A stretch of 64,000 nt of DNA from Eledone cirrhosa (GCA_964016885.1 OZ024740.1:436604001-436668000); one strand, 5' to 3'. Positions 14,200-28,384 are shown, counted from the first letter of the stretch. A program made the numbers and translations. The notes: generated from the letters alone by a model not told the origin.

Positions 14200-17100
14200 A
14201 CTGGTTACAGAGTGTCGTCTGGTTATAGAGTGTTGTCTGGTTAGAGAGTGTTGACTGGTTATAGAGTGTTGACTGGTTAGAGAGTGTCGACTGGTTAGAG
14301 AGTGTTGACTGGTTATAGAGTGTTGTCTGGTTATAGAGTGTTGACTGGTTATAGAGTGTTGTCTGGTTAGAGAGTGTTGACTGGTTATAGAGTGTTGTCT
14401 GGTTATAGAGTTTTGTCTGGTTATAGAGTGTTGACTGGTTATAGAGTGTCGTCTGTTTATAGAGTGTTGTCTGGTTATAGAGTGTTGACTGGTTGTAGAG
14501 TGTTGTCTGGTTATAGAGTGTTGATTGGTTATAGAGTGTTGACTGGTTAGAGAGTGTTGTCTGGTTATAGAGTGTTGACTGGTTATAGAGTGTTGTCTGG
14601 TTAGAGAGTGTTGATTGGTTATAGTGTGTTGACTGGTTAGAGAGTGTTGTCTGGTCAGAGAGTGTTGAATGGTCATAGAGTGTTGACTGGTTATAGAGTG
14701 TTGACTGGTTAGAGAGTGTTGTCTGGTTAGAGAGTGTTGACTGGTTAGAGAGTGTTGACTGGTTATAGAGTGTTGTCTAGTTAGAGAGTGTTGACAGGTT
14801 ACAGAGTGTTGACTGGTTATAGAGTGTTGACTGGTTATAGAGTGTTGTCTGGTTATAGAGTGTTGACTGGTTATAGTGTGTTGACTGTTTAGAGCGTGTT
14901 GACTGGTTAGAGAGTGTTGACTGGTTAGAGAGTGTTGAATGGTCATAGAGTGTTGACTGGTTATAGAGTGGTGACTGGTTAGAGAGTGTTGTCTGGTTAG
15001 AGAGTGTTGACTGGTTAGAGAGTGTTGACTGGTTATAGAGTGTTGTCTAGTTAGAGAGTGTTGACTGGTTACAGAGTGTTGACTGGTTATAGAGTGTTGA
15101 CTGGTTATAGAGTGTTGTCTGGTTATAGAGTGTTGACTGGTTAGAGTGTGTTGTCTGGTTAGTGAGTGTTGACTGGTTATAGAGTGTCGTCTGGTTATAG
15201 AGTGTTGACTGGTTAGAGAGTGTTGTCTGGTTAGAGAGTGTTGACTGGTTATAGAGTGTTGACTGGTTATAGAGTGTTGACTGGCTATAGAGTGTTGTCT
15301 GGTTATAGAGTGTTGTCTGGTTATAGAGTGTTGACTGGTTACAGAGTGTCGTCTGGTTATAGAGTGTTGTCTGGTTAGAGAGTGTTGACTGGTTAGAGAT
15401 TGTTGACTGGTTATAGAGTGTTGTCTGGTTATAGAGTGTTAACTGGTTATAGAGTGTTGTCTGGTTAGAGAGTGTTGACTGGTTATAGAGTGTTGTCTCG
15501 TTAGAGAGTGTAGACTGGTTAGAGGGTGTTGACTGGTTATAGAGTGTTGTCTGGTTATAGAGTGTTGACTGGTTAGAGAGTGTTGACTGGTTATAGAGTG
15601 TTGACTGGTTATAGAGTGTTGTCTGGTTATAGAGTGTTGACTGGTTATAGAGTGTTGTCTGGTTATAGAGTGTTGACTGTTTAGAGCGTGTTGACTGGTT
15701 AGAGAGTGTTGACTGGTTAGAGAGTGTTGAATGGTCATAGAGTGTTGACTGGTTATAGAGTGTTGACTGGTTAGAGAGTGTTGTCTGGTTAGAGACTGTT
15801 GACTGGTTAGAGAGTGTTGACTGGTTATAGAGTGTTGTCTAGTTAGAGAGTGTTGACTGGTTACAGAGTGTTGACTGGTTATAGAGTGTTGACTGTTTAG
15901 AGCGTGTTGACTGGTTAGAGAGTGTTGACTGGTTAGAGAGTGTTGAATGGTCATAGAGTGTTGACTGGTTATAGAGTGTTAACTGGTTATAGAGTGTTGT
16001 CTGGTTAGAGAGTGTTGACTGGTTATAGAGTGTTGTCTCGTTAGAGAGTGTAGACTGGTTAGAGGGTGTTGACTGGTTATAGAGTGTTGTCTGGTTATAG
16101 AGTGTTGACTGGTTAGAGAGTGTTGACTGGTTATAGAGTGTTGACTGGTTATAGAGTGTTGTCTGGTTAGAGAGTGTTGTCTGATTAGAGAGTGTTGACT
16201 GGTTATAGAGTGTTGACTGGTTATAGAGTGTTGTCTGGTTAGAGAGTGTAGACTGGTTAGAGAGTGTTGACTGGTTATAGAGTGTTGTCTGGTTATAGAG
16301 TGTTGACTGGTTAGAGAGTGTTGACTGGTTATAGAGTGTTGACTGGTTATAGAGTGTTGACTGGTTATAGAGTTTTGTCTGGTTATAGAGTGTTGACTGG
16401 TTATAGAGTGTTGACTGGTTATAGAGTGTTGACTGTTTAGAGCGTGTTGACTGGTTAGAGAGTGTTGACTGGTTAGAGAGTGTTGAATGGTCATAGAGTG
16501 TTGACTGGTTATAGAGTGTTGACTGGTTAGAGAGAGTTGTCTGGTTAGAGAGTGTTGACTGGTTAGAGAGTGTTGACTGGTTATAGAGTGTTGTCTAGTT
16601 AGAGAGTGTTGACAGGTTACAGAGTGTTGACTGGTTATAGAGTGTTGACTGGTTATAGAGTGTTGTCTGGTTATAGAGTGTTGACTGGTTAGAGTGTGTT
16701 GTCTAGTTAGAGAGTGTTGACAGGTTACAGAGTGTTGACTGGTTATAGAGTGTTGACTGGTTATAGAGTGTTGTCTGGTTATAGAGTGTTGACTGGTTAC
16801 AGAGTGTCGTCTGGTTATAGAGTGTTGTCTGGTTAGAGAGTGTTGACTGGTTATAGAGTGTTGACTGGTTAGAGAGTGTCGACTGGTTAGAGAGTGTTGA
16901 CTGGTTATAGAGTGTTGTCTGGTTATAGAGTATTGACTGGTTATAGAGTGTTGTCTGGTTAGAGAGTGTTGACTGGTTATAGAGTGTTGTCTGGTTATAG
17001 AGTTTTGTCTGGTTATAGAGTGTTGACTGGTTATAGAGTGTCGTCTGTTTATAGAGTGTTGTCTGGTTATAGAGTGTTGACTGGTTGTAGAGTGTTGTCT

Positions 17101-17260
17101 GGTTATAGAGTGTTGATTGGTTATAGAGTGTTGACTGGTTAGAGAGTGTTGTCTGGTTATAGAGTGTTGACTGGTTATAGAGTGTTGTCTGGTTAGAGAG
17201 TGTTGATTGGTTATAGTGTGTTGACTGGTTAGAGAGTGTTGTCTGGTCAGAGAGTGTTGT
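14200..17260. repeat. Dispersed copy of a ~450-bp block, ~14.2-14.66 kb repeated at ~16.8-17.25 kb (offset 2592 bp = 144 units)
   Basis: Same ordered markers GTCGAC, GAGTTTT, GTCGTCTGTTT (14450/17042), GGTTGTAG and GGTCAGAG. Confidence 0.8.
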
Positions 17261-19149
17261 CTGGTTAGAGAGTGTTGACTGGTTATAGAGTGTTGTCTGG
17301 TTATAGAGTGTTGACTGGTTATAGAGTGTTGATTGGTTATAGTGTGTTGACTGGTTATAGAGTGTTGACTGGTTAGAGAGTGTTGCCTGGTTATAGAGTG
17401 TTGTCTGGTTATAGAGTGTTGACTGGTTATAGAGTGTTGTCTGGTTATAGAGTGTTGACTGGTTATAGAGTGTTGACTGGTTATAGAGTGTTGTCTGGTT
17501 AGAGAGTGTTGACTGGTTATAGAGTGTTGTCTGGTTATAGAGTGTTGACTGGTTAGAGAGTGTTGACTGGTTATAGAGTGTTGTCTGGTTATAGAGTGTT
17601 GACTGGTTATAGAGTGTTGACTGGTTATAGAGTGTTGTCTGGTTAGAGAGTGTTGACTGGTTATAGAGTGTTGACTGGTTAGAGAGTGTTGTCTGGTTAT
17701 AGAATGTTGTCTGGTTATAGAGTGTTGACTGGTTATAGAGTGTTGTCTGGTTAGAGAGTGTTGTCTGGTTAGAGAGTGTTGACTGGTTATAGAGTGTTGA
17801 CTGGTTAGAGAGTGTTGTCTGGTTAGAGAGTGTTGACTGGTTATAGAGTGTTGTCTGGTTATAGAGTGTTGACTGGTTAGAGAGTGCAGTCTGGTTAGAG
17901 AGTGTTGACTGGTTAGAGAGTGTTGACTGGTTATAGAGTGTTGTCTGGTTATAGAGTGTTGACTGGTTATAGAGTGTTGACTGGTTATAGAATGTTGTCT
18001 GGTTATAGAGTGTTGACTGGTTAGAGAGTGTTGTCTGGTTAGAGAGTGTTGTCTGGTTAGAGAGTGTTGACTGGTTAGAGAGTGTTGTCTGGTTATAGAG
18101 TGTTGACTGGTTATAGAGTGTTGTCTGGTTAGAGAGTGTTGTCTGGTTATAGAGTGTTGTCTGGTTAGAGAGTGTTGTCTGGTTATAGAGTGTTGACTGG
18201 TTATAGAATGTTGTCTGGTTATAGAGTGTTGACTGGTTAGAGAGTGTTGTCTGGTTATAGAGTGTTGTCTGGTTAGAGAGTGTTGTCTGGTTATAGAGTG
18301 TTGACTGGTTATAGAGTGTTGTCTGGTTATAGAGTGTTGACTGGTTATAGAGTGTTGACTGGTTAGAGAGTGTTGTCTGGTTAGAGAGTGTTGTCTGGTT
18401 AGAGAGTGTTGACTGGTTAGAGAGTGTTGTCTGGTTATAGAGTGTTGACTGGTTATAGAGTGTTGTCTGGTTAGAGAGTGTTGTCTGGTTATAGAGTGTT
18501 GTCTGGTTATAGAGTGTCGTCTGGTTAGAGAGTGTTGTCTGGTTAGAGAGTGTTGTCTGGTTAGAGAGTGTTGACTGGTTAGAGAGTGTTGACTGGTTAG
18601 AGAGTGTTGTCTGGTTAGAGAGTGTTGTCTGGTTAGAGAGTGTTGACTGGTTAGAGAGTGTTGACTGGTTATAGAGTGTTGTCTGGTTATAGAGTGTTGA
18701 CTGGTTATAGAGTGTTGTCTGGTTATAGAGTGTTGTCTGGTTATAGAGTGTTGTCTGGTTATAGGGTGTTGACTGGTTATAGAGTGTTGACTGGTTATAG
18801 AGTGTTGACTGGTTATAGAGTGTTGTCTGGTTATAGAGTGTCGACTGGTTATAGAGTGTTGTCTGGTTATAGGGTGTTGACTGGTTATAGAGTGTTGACT
18901 GGTTATAGAGTGTTGATTGGTTACAGAGTGTTGTCTGGTTATAGAGTGTTGTCTGGTTATAGGGTGTTGACTGGTTATAGAGTGTTGACTGGTTATAGAG
19001 TGTTGATTGGTTACAGAGTGTTGTCTGGTTATAGAGTGTTGACTGGTTATAGAGTGTTGTCTGGTTATAGAGTGTCGACTGGTTATAGAGTGTTGTCTGG
19101 TTATAGGGTGTTGACTGGTTATAGAGTGTTGACTGGTTATAGAGTGTTG

Positions 19150-22100
19150 ACTGGTTATAGAGTGTTGTCTGGTTATAGAGTGTTGACTGGTTATAGAGTG
19201 TTGACTGGTTATAGAGTGTTGATTGGTTACAGAGTGTTGTCTGGTTACAGAGTGTTGTCTGGTTACAGAGTGTTGTCTGGTTATAGTGTGTTGTCTGGTT
19301 ATAGAGTGTTGATTGGTTACAGAGTGTTGTCTGGTTACAGAGTGTTGTCTGGTTACAGAGTGTTGTCTGGTTATAGAGTGTTGTCTGGTTATAGAGTGTT
19401 GATTGGTTACAGAGTGTTGTCTGGTTACAGAGTGTTGACTGGTTATAGAGTGTTGTCTGGTTATAGAGTGTTGATTGGTTATAGAGTGTTGACTGGTTAT
19501 AGAGTGTTGTCTGGTTATAGAGTGTTGACTGGTTATAGAGTGTTGATTGGTTACAGAGTGTTGTCTGGTTATAGAGTTTTGTCTGGTTATAGTGTGTTGT
19601 CTGGTTATAGAGTGTTGATTGGTTACAGAGTGTTGTCTGGTTACAGAGTGTTGTCTGGTTACAGAGTGTTGTCTGGTTATAGAGTGTTGTCTGGTTATAG
19701 AGTGTTGATTGGTTACAGAGTCTTGTCTGGTTACAGAGTGTTGACTGGTTATAGAGTGTTGTCTGGTTATAGAGTGTTGATTGGTTATAGAGTGTTGACT
19801 GGTTATAGAGTGTTGTCTGGTTATAGAGTGTTGATTGGTTATAGAGTGTTGTCTGGTTAGAGAGTGTTGTCTGGTTATAGAGTGTTGACTGGTTATAGAG
19901 TGTTGTCTGGTTATAGAGTGTTGATTGGTTATAGAGTGTTGACTGGTTAGAGAGTGTTGTCTGGTTATAGAGTGTAGACTGGTTATAGAGTGTTGTCTGG
20001 TTAGAGAGTGTTGTCTGGTTAGAGAGTGTTGTCTGGTTATAGAGTGTTGACTGGTTAGAGAGTGTTGTCTGGTTATAGAGTGTTGATTGGTTATAGTGTG
20101 TTGACTGGTTAGAGAGTGTTGACTGGTTAGAGAGTGTTGTCTGGTTAGAGAGTGTTGTCTGGTTAGAGAGTGTTGTCTGGTTATAGTGTGTTGTCTGGTT
20201 AGAGATTGTTGACTGGTTAGAGAGTGTTGACTGGTTATAGAGTGTTGTCTGGTTAGAGACTGTTGTCTGGTTATAGAGTGTTGTCTGGTTAGAGAGTGTT
20301 GTCTGGTTAGAGAGTGTTGTCTGGTTATAGAGTGTTGACTGGTTAGAGAGTGTTGTCTGGTTATAGAGTGTTGATTGGTTATAGTGTGTTGACTGGTTAG
20401 AGAGTGTTGACTGGTTAGAGAGTGTTGTCTGGTTAGAGATTGTTGACTGGTTAGAGAGTGTTGACTGGTTATAGAGTGTTGTCTGGTTAGAGACTGTTGT
20501 CTGGTTATAGAGTGTTGTCTGGTTATAGAGTGTTGACTGGTTAGAGAGTGTTGACTGGTTATAGAGTGTTGTCTGGTTATAGAGTGTTGTCTGGTTATAG
20601 AGTGTTGACTGGTTAGAGAGTGTTGACTGGTTATAGAGTGTTGACTGGTTAGAGAGTGTTGACTGGTTATAGAGTGTTGACTGGTTAGAGAGTGTTGACT
20701 GGTTATAGAGTGTTGTCTGGTTATAGAGTGTTGTCTGGTTATAGAGTGTTGACTGGTTATAGAGTGTTGACTGGTTATAGAGTGTTGATTGGTTACAGAG
20801 TGTTGTCTGGTTACAGAGTGTTGTCTGGTTACAGAGTGTTGTCTGGTTATAGTGTGTTGTCTGGTTATAGAGTGTTGATTGGTTACAGAGTGTTGTCTGG
20901 TTACAGAGTGTTGTCTGGTTACAGAGTGTTGTCTGGTTATAGAGTGTTGTCTGGTTATAGAGTGTTGATTGGTTACAGAGTGTTGTCTGGTTACAGAGTG
21001 TTGACTGGTTATAGAGTGTTGTCTGGTTATAGAGTGTTGATTGGTTATAGAGTGTTGACTGGTTATAGAGTGTTGTCTGGTTATAGAGTGTTGACTGGTT
21101 ATAGAGTGTTGATTGGTTACAGAGTGTTGTCTGGTTATAGAGTTTTGTCTGGTTATAGTGTGTTGTCTGGTTATAGAGTGTTGATTGGTTACAGAGTGTT
21201 GTCTGGTTACAGAGTGTTGTCTGGTTACAGAGTGTTGTCTGGTTATAGAGTGTTGTCTGGTTATAGAGTGTTGATTGGTTACAGAGTCTTGTCTGGTTAC
21301 AGAGTGTTGACTGGTTATAGAGTGTTGTCTGGTTATAGAGTGTTGATTGGTTATAGAGTGTTGACTGGTTATAGAGTGTTGTCTGGTTATAGAGTGTTGA
21401 TTGGTTATAGAGTGTTGTCTGGTTAGAGAGTGTTGTCTGGTTATAGAGTGTTGACTGGTTATAGAGTGTTGTCTGGTTATAGAGTGTTGATTGGTTATAG
21501 AGTGTTGACTGGTTAGAGAGTGTTGTCTGGTTATAGAGTGTAGACTGGTTATAGAGTGTTGTCTGGTTAGAGAGTGTTGTCTGGTTAGAGAGTGTTGTCT
21601 GGTTATAGAGTGTTGACTGGTTAGAGAGTGTTGTCTGGTTATAGAGTGTTGATTGGTTATAGTGTGTTGACTGGTTAGAGAGTGTTGACTGGTTAGAGAG
21701 TGTTGTCTGGTTAGAGAGTGTTGTCTGGTTAGAGAGTGTTGTCTGGTTATAGTGTGTTGTCTGGTTACAGATTGTTGACTGGTTAGAGAGTGTTGACTGG
21801 TTATAGAGTGTTGTCTGGTTAGAGACTGTTGTCTGGTTATAGAGTGTTGTCTGGTTATAGAGTGTTGTCTGGTTATAGAGTGTTGACTGGTTATAGAGTG
21901 TTGACTGGTTATAGAGTGTTGATTGGTTACAGAGTGTTGTCTGGTTACAGAGTGTTGTCTGGTTACAGAGTGTTGTCTGGTTATAGTGTGTTGTCTGGTT
22001 ATAGAGTGTTGATTGGTTACAGAGTGTTGTCTGGTTACAGAGTGTTGTCTGGTTACAGAGTGTTGTCTGGTTATAGAGTGTTGTCTGGTTATAGAGTGTT

Positions 22101-22980
22101 GATTGGTTACAGAGTGTTGTCTGGTTACAGAGTGTTGACTGGTTATAGAGTGTTGTCTGGTTATAGAGTGTTGATTGGTTATAGAGTGTTGACTGGTTAT
22201 AGAGTGTTGTCTGGTTATAGAGTGTTGACTGGTTATAGAGTGTTGATTGGTTACAGAGTGTTGTCTGGTTATAGAGTTTTGTCTGGTTATAGTGTGTTGT
22301 CTGGTTATAGAGTGTTGATTGGTTACAGAGTGTTGTCTGGTTACAGAGTGTTGTCTGGTTACAGAGTGTTGTCTGGTTATAGAGTGTTGTCTGGTTATAG
22401 AGTGTTGATTGGTTACAGAGTCTTGTCTGGTTACAGAGTGTTGACTGGTTATAGAGTGTTGTCTGGTTATAGAGTGTTGATTGGTTATAGAGTGTTGACT
22501 GGTTATAGAGTGTTGTCTGGTTATAGAGTGTTGATTGGTTATAGAGTGTTGTCTGGTTAGAGAGTGTTGTCTGGTTATAGAGTGTTGACTGGTTATAGAG
22601 TGTTGTCTGGTTATAGAGTGTTGATTGGTTATAGAGTGTTGACTGGTTAGAGAGTGTTGTCTGGTTATAGAGTGTAGACTGGTTATAGAGTGTTGTCTGG
22701 TTAGAGAGTGTTGTCTGGTTAGAGAGTGTTGTCTGGTTATAGAGTGTTGACTGGTTAGAGAGTGTTGTCTGGTTATAGAGTGTTGATTGGTTATAGTGTG
22801 TTGACTGGTTAGAGAGTGTTGACTGGTTAGAGAGTGTTGTCTGGTTAGAGAGTGTTGTCTGGTTAGAGAGTGTTGTCTGGTTATAGTGTGTTGTCTGGTT
22901 AGAGATTGTTGACTGGTTAGAGAGTGTTGACTGGTTATAGAGTGTTGTCTGGTTAGAGACTGTTGTCTGGTTATAGAGTG
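19150..22980. repeat. Triplicated ~1.1-kb block rich in GATTGGTTAC variants (offsets 1566 bp = 87 units and 1134 bp = 63 units), with an internal 306-bp (17-unit) sub-repeat
   Basis: AGTCTTG marker at 19722, 21288 and 22422. ORF-track ends 19860/21426/22560 have the same spacing. TAGTGTG at 19287/19593 marks the sub-repeat. Confidence 0.88.
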
Positions 22981-25859
22981 TTGTCTGGTTATAGAGTGTT
23001 GACTGGTTAGAGAGTGTTGACTGGTTATAGAGTGTTGTCTGGTTATAGAGTATTGTCTGGTTATAGAGTGTTGACTGGTTAGAGAGTGTTGACTGGTTAT
23101 AGAGTGTTGACTGGTTAGAGAGTGTTGACTGGTTATAGAGTGTTGACTGGTTAGAGAGTGTTGACTGGTTATAGAGTGTTGTCTGGTTATAGAGTGTTGT
23201 CTGGTTATAGAGTGTTGACTGGTTATAGAATGTTGTCTGGTTACAGATTGCTGACTGGTTAGAGAGTGTTGACTGGTTATAGAGTGTTGACTGGTTATAG
23301 AGTGTTGTCTGGTTAGAGAGTGTTGTCTGGTTAGAGAGTGTTGACTGGTTATAGAGTGTTGACTGGTTAGAGTGTGTTGTCTGGTTAGAGAGTGTTGACT
23401 GGTTATAGAGTGTTGACTGGTTATAGAGTGTTGTCTGGTTAGAGAGTGTTGTCTGGTTAGAGAGTGTTGACTGGTTATAGAGTGTTGACTGGTTACAGAG
23501 TGTTGTCTGGTTAGAGAGTGTTGACTGGTTAGAGAGTGTTGACTGGTTATAGAGTGTTCACTGGTTATAGAGTGTTCACTGGTTATAGAGTGTTGTCTGG
23601 TTAGAGAGTGTTGACTGGTTATAGAGTGTTGACTGGTTATAGAGTGTTTACTGGTTATAGAGTGTTGACTGGTTATAGAGTGTTGACTGGTTATAGAGCG
23701 TTGTCTGGTTATAGAGTGTTGACTGGTTATAGAGTGTTGACTGGTTATAGAGTGTTGTCTGATTATAAAGTGTTGACTGGTTATAGAGTGTTGACTGGTT
23801 ATAGAGTGTTGACTGGTTATAGAGTGTTGATTGGTTATAGAGTGTTGACTGGTTAGAGAGTGTTGTCTGGTTATAGAGTGTTGTCTGGTTATAGAGTGTT
23901 GACTGGTTATAGAGTGTTGTCTGGTTAGAGAGTGTTGACTGGTTATAGAATGTTGTCTGGTTATAGAGTGTTGACTGGTTAGAGAGTGTTGTCTGGTTAG
24001 AGAGTGTTGTCTGGTTAGAGAGTGTTGACTGGTTAGAGAGTGTTGTCTGGTTATAGAGTGTTGACTTGTTATAGAGTGTTGTCTGGTTAGAGAGTGTTGT
24101 CTGGTTATAGAGTGTTGACTGGTTATAGAGTGTTGTCTGGTTATAGAGTGTTGACTGGTTATAGAGTGTTGTCTGGTTATAGAGTGTCGACTGGTTATAG
24201 AGTGTTGTCTGGTTATAGAGTGTTGACTGGTTATAGAGTGTTGTCTGGTTATAGAGTGTTGACTGGTTATAGAGTGTTGTCTGGTTATAGAGTGTTGTCT
24301 GGTTAGAGAGTGTTGACTGGTTATAGAGTGTTGTCTGGTTAGAGAGTGTCGACTGGTTATAGAGTGTTGACTGGTTAGAGAGTGTTGACTGGTTATAGAG
24401 TGTTGACTGGTTATAGAGTGTTGTCTGGTTATAGAGTGTTGACTGGTTATAGAGTGTTGTCTGGTTATAGAGTGTTGTATGGTTATAGAGTGTTGATTGG
24501 TTACAGAGTGTTGTCTGGTTATAGAGTGTTGACTGGTTATAGAGTGTTGTCTGGTTACAGAGTGTTGACTGGTTATAGAGTGTCGTCTGGTTATAGAGTG
24601 TTGTCGGGTTATAGAGTTTTGTCTGGTTATAGTGTGTTGTCTGGTTATAGAGTGTTGATTGGTTACAGAGTGTTGTCTGGTTACAGAGTGTTGTCTGGTT
24701 ATAGAGTGTTGTCTGGTTATAGAGTGTTGATTGGTTACAGAGTGTTGTCTGGTTACAGAGTGTTGACTGGTTATAGAGTGTTGTCTATTTATAGAGTGTT
24801 GATTGGTTATAGAGTGTTGACTGGTTATAGAGTGTTGTCTGGTTATAGAGTGTTGATTGGTTATAGAGTGTTGTCTGGTTAGAGAGTGTTGTCTGGTTAT
24901 AGAGTGTTGACTGGTTATAGAGTGTTGTCTGGTTATAGAGTGTTGATTGGTTATAGAGTGTTGACTGGTTAGAGAGTGTTGTCTGGTTATAGAGTGTTGA
25001 CTGGTTATAGAGTGTTGTCTGGTTAGAGAGTGTTGTCTGGTTAGAGAGTGTTGTCTGGTTATAGAGTGTTGACTGGTTAGAGAGTGTTGTCTGGTTATAG
25101 AGTGTTGATTGGTTATAGTGTGTTGACTGGTTAGAGAATGTTGACTGGTTAGAGAGTGTTGTCTGGTTAGAGAGTGTTGTCTGGTTAGAGAATGTTGTCT
25201 GGTTATAGAGTGTTGTCTGGTTAGAGAGTGTTGTCTGGTTATAGAGTGTTGATTGGTTATAGTGTGTTGACTGGTTAGAGAATGTTGACTGGTTAGAGAG
25301 TGTTGTCTGGTTAGAGAGTGTTGTCTGGTTATAGAGTGTTGTCTGGTTATAGAGTGTTGACTGGTTAGAGAGTGTTGATTGGTTATAGAGTGTTGACTGG
25401 TTAGAGAGTGTTGTCTGGTTATAGAGTGTTGACTGGTTAGAGAGTGTTGTCTGGTTAGAGAGTGTTGTCTGGTTATAGCGTGTTGACTGGTTAGAGAGTG
25501 TTGTCTGGTTATAGAGTGTTTATTGGTTATAGTGTGTTGACTGGTTAGAGAGTGTTGACTGGTTAGAGAGTGTTGTCTGGTTAGAGAGTGTTGTCTGGTT
25601 AGAGAGTGTTGTCTGGTTATAGTGTGTTGTCTGGTTAGAGATTGTTGACTGGTTAGATAGTGTTGACTGGTTAGAGACTGTTGTCTGGTTATAGAGTGTT
25701 GTCTGGTTATAGAGTGTTGACTGGTTAGAGAGTGTTGACTGGTTATAGAGTGTTGTCTGGTTATAGAGTGTTGTCTGGTTATAGAGTGTTGACTGGTTAG
25801 AGAGTGTTGACTGGTTATAGAGTGTTGACTGGTTAGAGAGTGTTGACTGGTTATAGAGT

Positions 25860-27800
25860 GTTGACTGGTTAGAGAGTGTTGACTGGTTATAGAGTGTTGT
25901 CTGGTTATAGAGTGTTGTCTGGTTATAGAGTGTTGACTGGTTATAGAGTGTTGTCTGTTTACAGATTGTTGACTGGTTAGAGAGTGTTGACTGGTTATAG
26001 AGTGTTGACTGGTTATAGAGTGTTGTCTGGTTAGAGAGTGTTGTCTGGTTAGAGAGTGTTGACTGGTTATAGAGTGTTGACTGGTTATAGAGTTTTGTCT
26101 GGTTAGAGAGTGTTGACTGGTTATAGAGTGTTGACTGGTTATAGAGTGTTGTCTGGTTAGAGAGTGTTGTCTGGTTAGAGAGTGTTGACTGGTTATAGAG
26201 TGTTGACTGGTTACAGAGTGTTGTCTGGTTATAGAGTGTTGACTGGTTAGAGAGTGTTGACTGGTTATAGAGTGTTGACTGGTTATAGAGTGTTCACTGG
26301 TTATAGAGTGTTGTCTGGTTAGAGAGTGTTGACTGGTTATAGAGTGTTGACTGGTTATAGAGTGTTTACTGGTTATAGAGTGTTGACTGGTTATAGAGTG
26401 TTGACTGGTTATAGAGTGTTGATTGGTTATAGTGTGTTGACTGGTTATAGAGTGTTGACTGGTTAGAGAGTGTTGTCTGGTTATAGAGTGTTGTCTGGTT
26501 ATAGAGTGTTGACTGGTTTTAGAGTGTTGTCTGGTTAGAGAGTGTTGTCTGGTTATAGAGTGTTGTCTGGTTATAGAGTGTTGACTGGTTATAGAATGTT
26601 GTCTGGTTATAGAGTGTTGACTGGTTAGAGAGTGTTGTCTGGTTAGAGAGTGTTGTCTGGTTAGAGAGTGTTGACTGGTTAGAGAGTGTTGTCTGGTTAT
26701 AGAGTGTTGACTGGTTAGAGAGTGTTGACTGGTTATAGAGTGTTGACTGGTTAGAGAATGTTGACTGGTTATAGAGTGTTGTCTGGTTAGAGAGTGTTGA
26801 CTGGTTAGAGAGTGTTGACTGGTTATAGAGTGTTTACTGGTTATAGAGTGTTGACTGGTTATAGAGTGTTGACTGGTTAGAGAGTGTTGACTGGTTATAG
26901 AGTGTTGACTGGTTAGAGAGTGTTGACTGGTTATAGAGTGTTGACTGGTTATAGAGTGTTGACTGGTTATAGAGTGTTGTCTGGTTATAGAGTGTTGTCT
27001 GGTTATAGAGTGTTGACTGGTTATAGAGTGTTGTCTGTTTACAGATTGTTGACTGGTTAGAGAGTGTTGACTGGTTATAGAGTGTTGACTGGTTATAGAG
27101 TGTTGTCTGGTTAGAGAGTGTTGTCTGGTTAGAGAGTGTTGACTGGTTATAGAGTGTTGACTGGTTATAGAGTTTTGTCTGGTTATAGAGTGTTGACTGG
27201 TTATAGAGTGTTGACTGGTTATAGAGTGTTGTCTGGTTAGAGAGTGTTGTCTGGTTAGAGAGTGTTGACTGGTTATAGAGTGTTGACTGGTTACAGAGTG
27301 TTGTCTGGTTATAGAGTGTTGACTGGTTAGAGAGTGTTGACTGGTTATAGAGTGTTGACTGGTTATAGAGTGTTCACTGGTTATAGAGTGTTGTCTGGTT
27401 AGAGAGTGTTGACTGGTTATAGAGTGTTGACTGGTTATAGAGTGTTTACTGGTTATAGAGTGTTGACTGGTTATAGAGTGTTGACTGGTTATAGAGTGTT
27501 GATTGGTTATAGTGTGTTGACTGGTTATAGAGTGTTGACTGTTTAGAGAGTGTTGTCTGGTTATAGAGTGTTGTCTGGTTATAGAGTGTTGACTGGATTT
27601 AGAGTGTTGTCTGGTTAGAGAGTGTTGTCTGGTTATAGAGTGTTGTCTGGTTATAGAGTGTTGACTGGTTATAGAATGTTGTCTGGTTATAGAGTGTTGA
27701 CTGGTTAGAGAGTGTTGTCTGGTTAGAGAGTGTTGTCTGGTTAGAGAGTGTTGACTGGTTAGAGAGTGTTGTCTGGTTATAGAGTGTTGACTGGTTATAG
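25860..27800. repeat. Near-tandem duplication with a 1080-bp (60-unit) period
   Basis: Lines 25921 and 27001 are identical (CTGTTTACAGATT). GTTCAC, GTTTAC and AGAATG markers recur at +1080. Confidence 0.85.
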
Positions 27801-28384
27801 AATGTTGTCTGGTTATAGAGTGTTGACTGGTTAGAGAGTGTTGTCTGGTTAGAGAGTGTTGTCTGGTTAGAGAGTGTTGACTGGTTAGAGAGTGTTGTCT
27901 GGTTATAGAGTGTTGACTGGTTATAGAGTGTTGTCTGGTTAGAGAGTGTTGTCTGGTTATAGAGTGTTGTCTGGTTATAGAGTGTTGTCTGGTTAGAGAG
28001 TGTTGACTGGTTAGAGAGTGTTGTCTGGTTAGAGAGTGTTGACTGGTTAGAGAGTGTTGTCTGGTTAGAGAGTGTTGACTGGTTAGAGAGTGTTGTCTGG
28101 TTAGAGAGTGTTGTCTGGTTAGAGAGTCTTGACTGGTTAGAGAGTGTTGTCTGGTTATAGAGTGTCGACTGGTTATAGAGTGTTGTCTGGTTAGAGAATC
28201 TTGACTGGTTAGAGAGTGTTGTCTGGTTATAGAGTGTTGACTGGTTATAGAGTGTTCTCTGGTTATAGAGTGTTGTCTGGTTACAGAGTGTTGTCTGGTT
28301 ATAGAGTGTTGACTGGTTAGAGAGTGTTGACTGGTTATAGAGTGTTGTCTGGTTATAGAGTGTCGTCTGGTTATAGAGTGTTGT

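Noticed and set aside
2157-16494. Minus-strand ORFs up to 987 aa (MTIQHSLTSQHS...)
   Set aside because: They are pure translations of the 18-mer. Starts come from the recurrent GGTCAT variant and most stops from the GTTAAC variant. There is no unique domain, signal peptide or flanking gene context.
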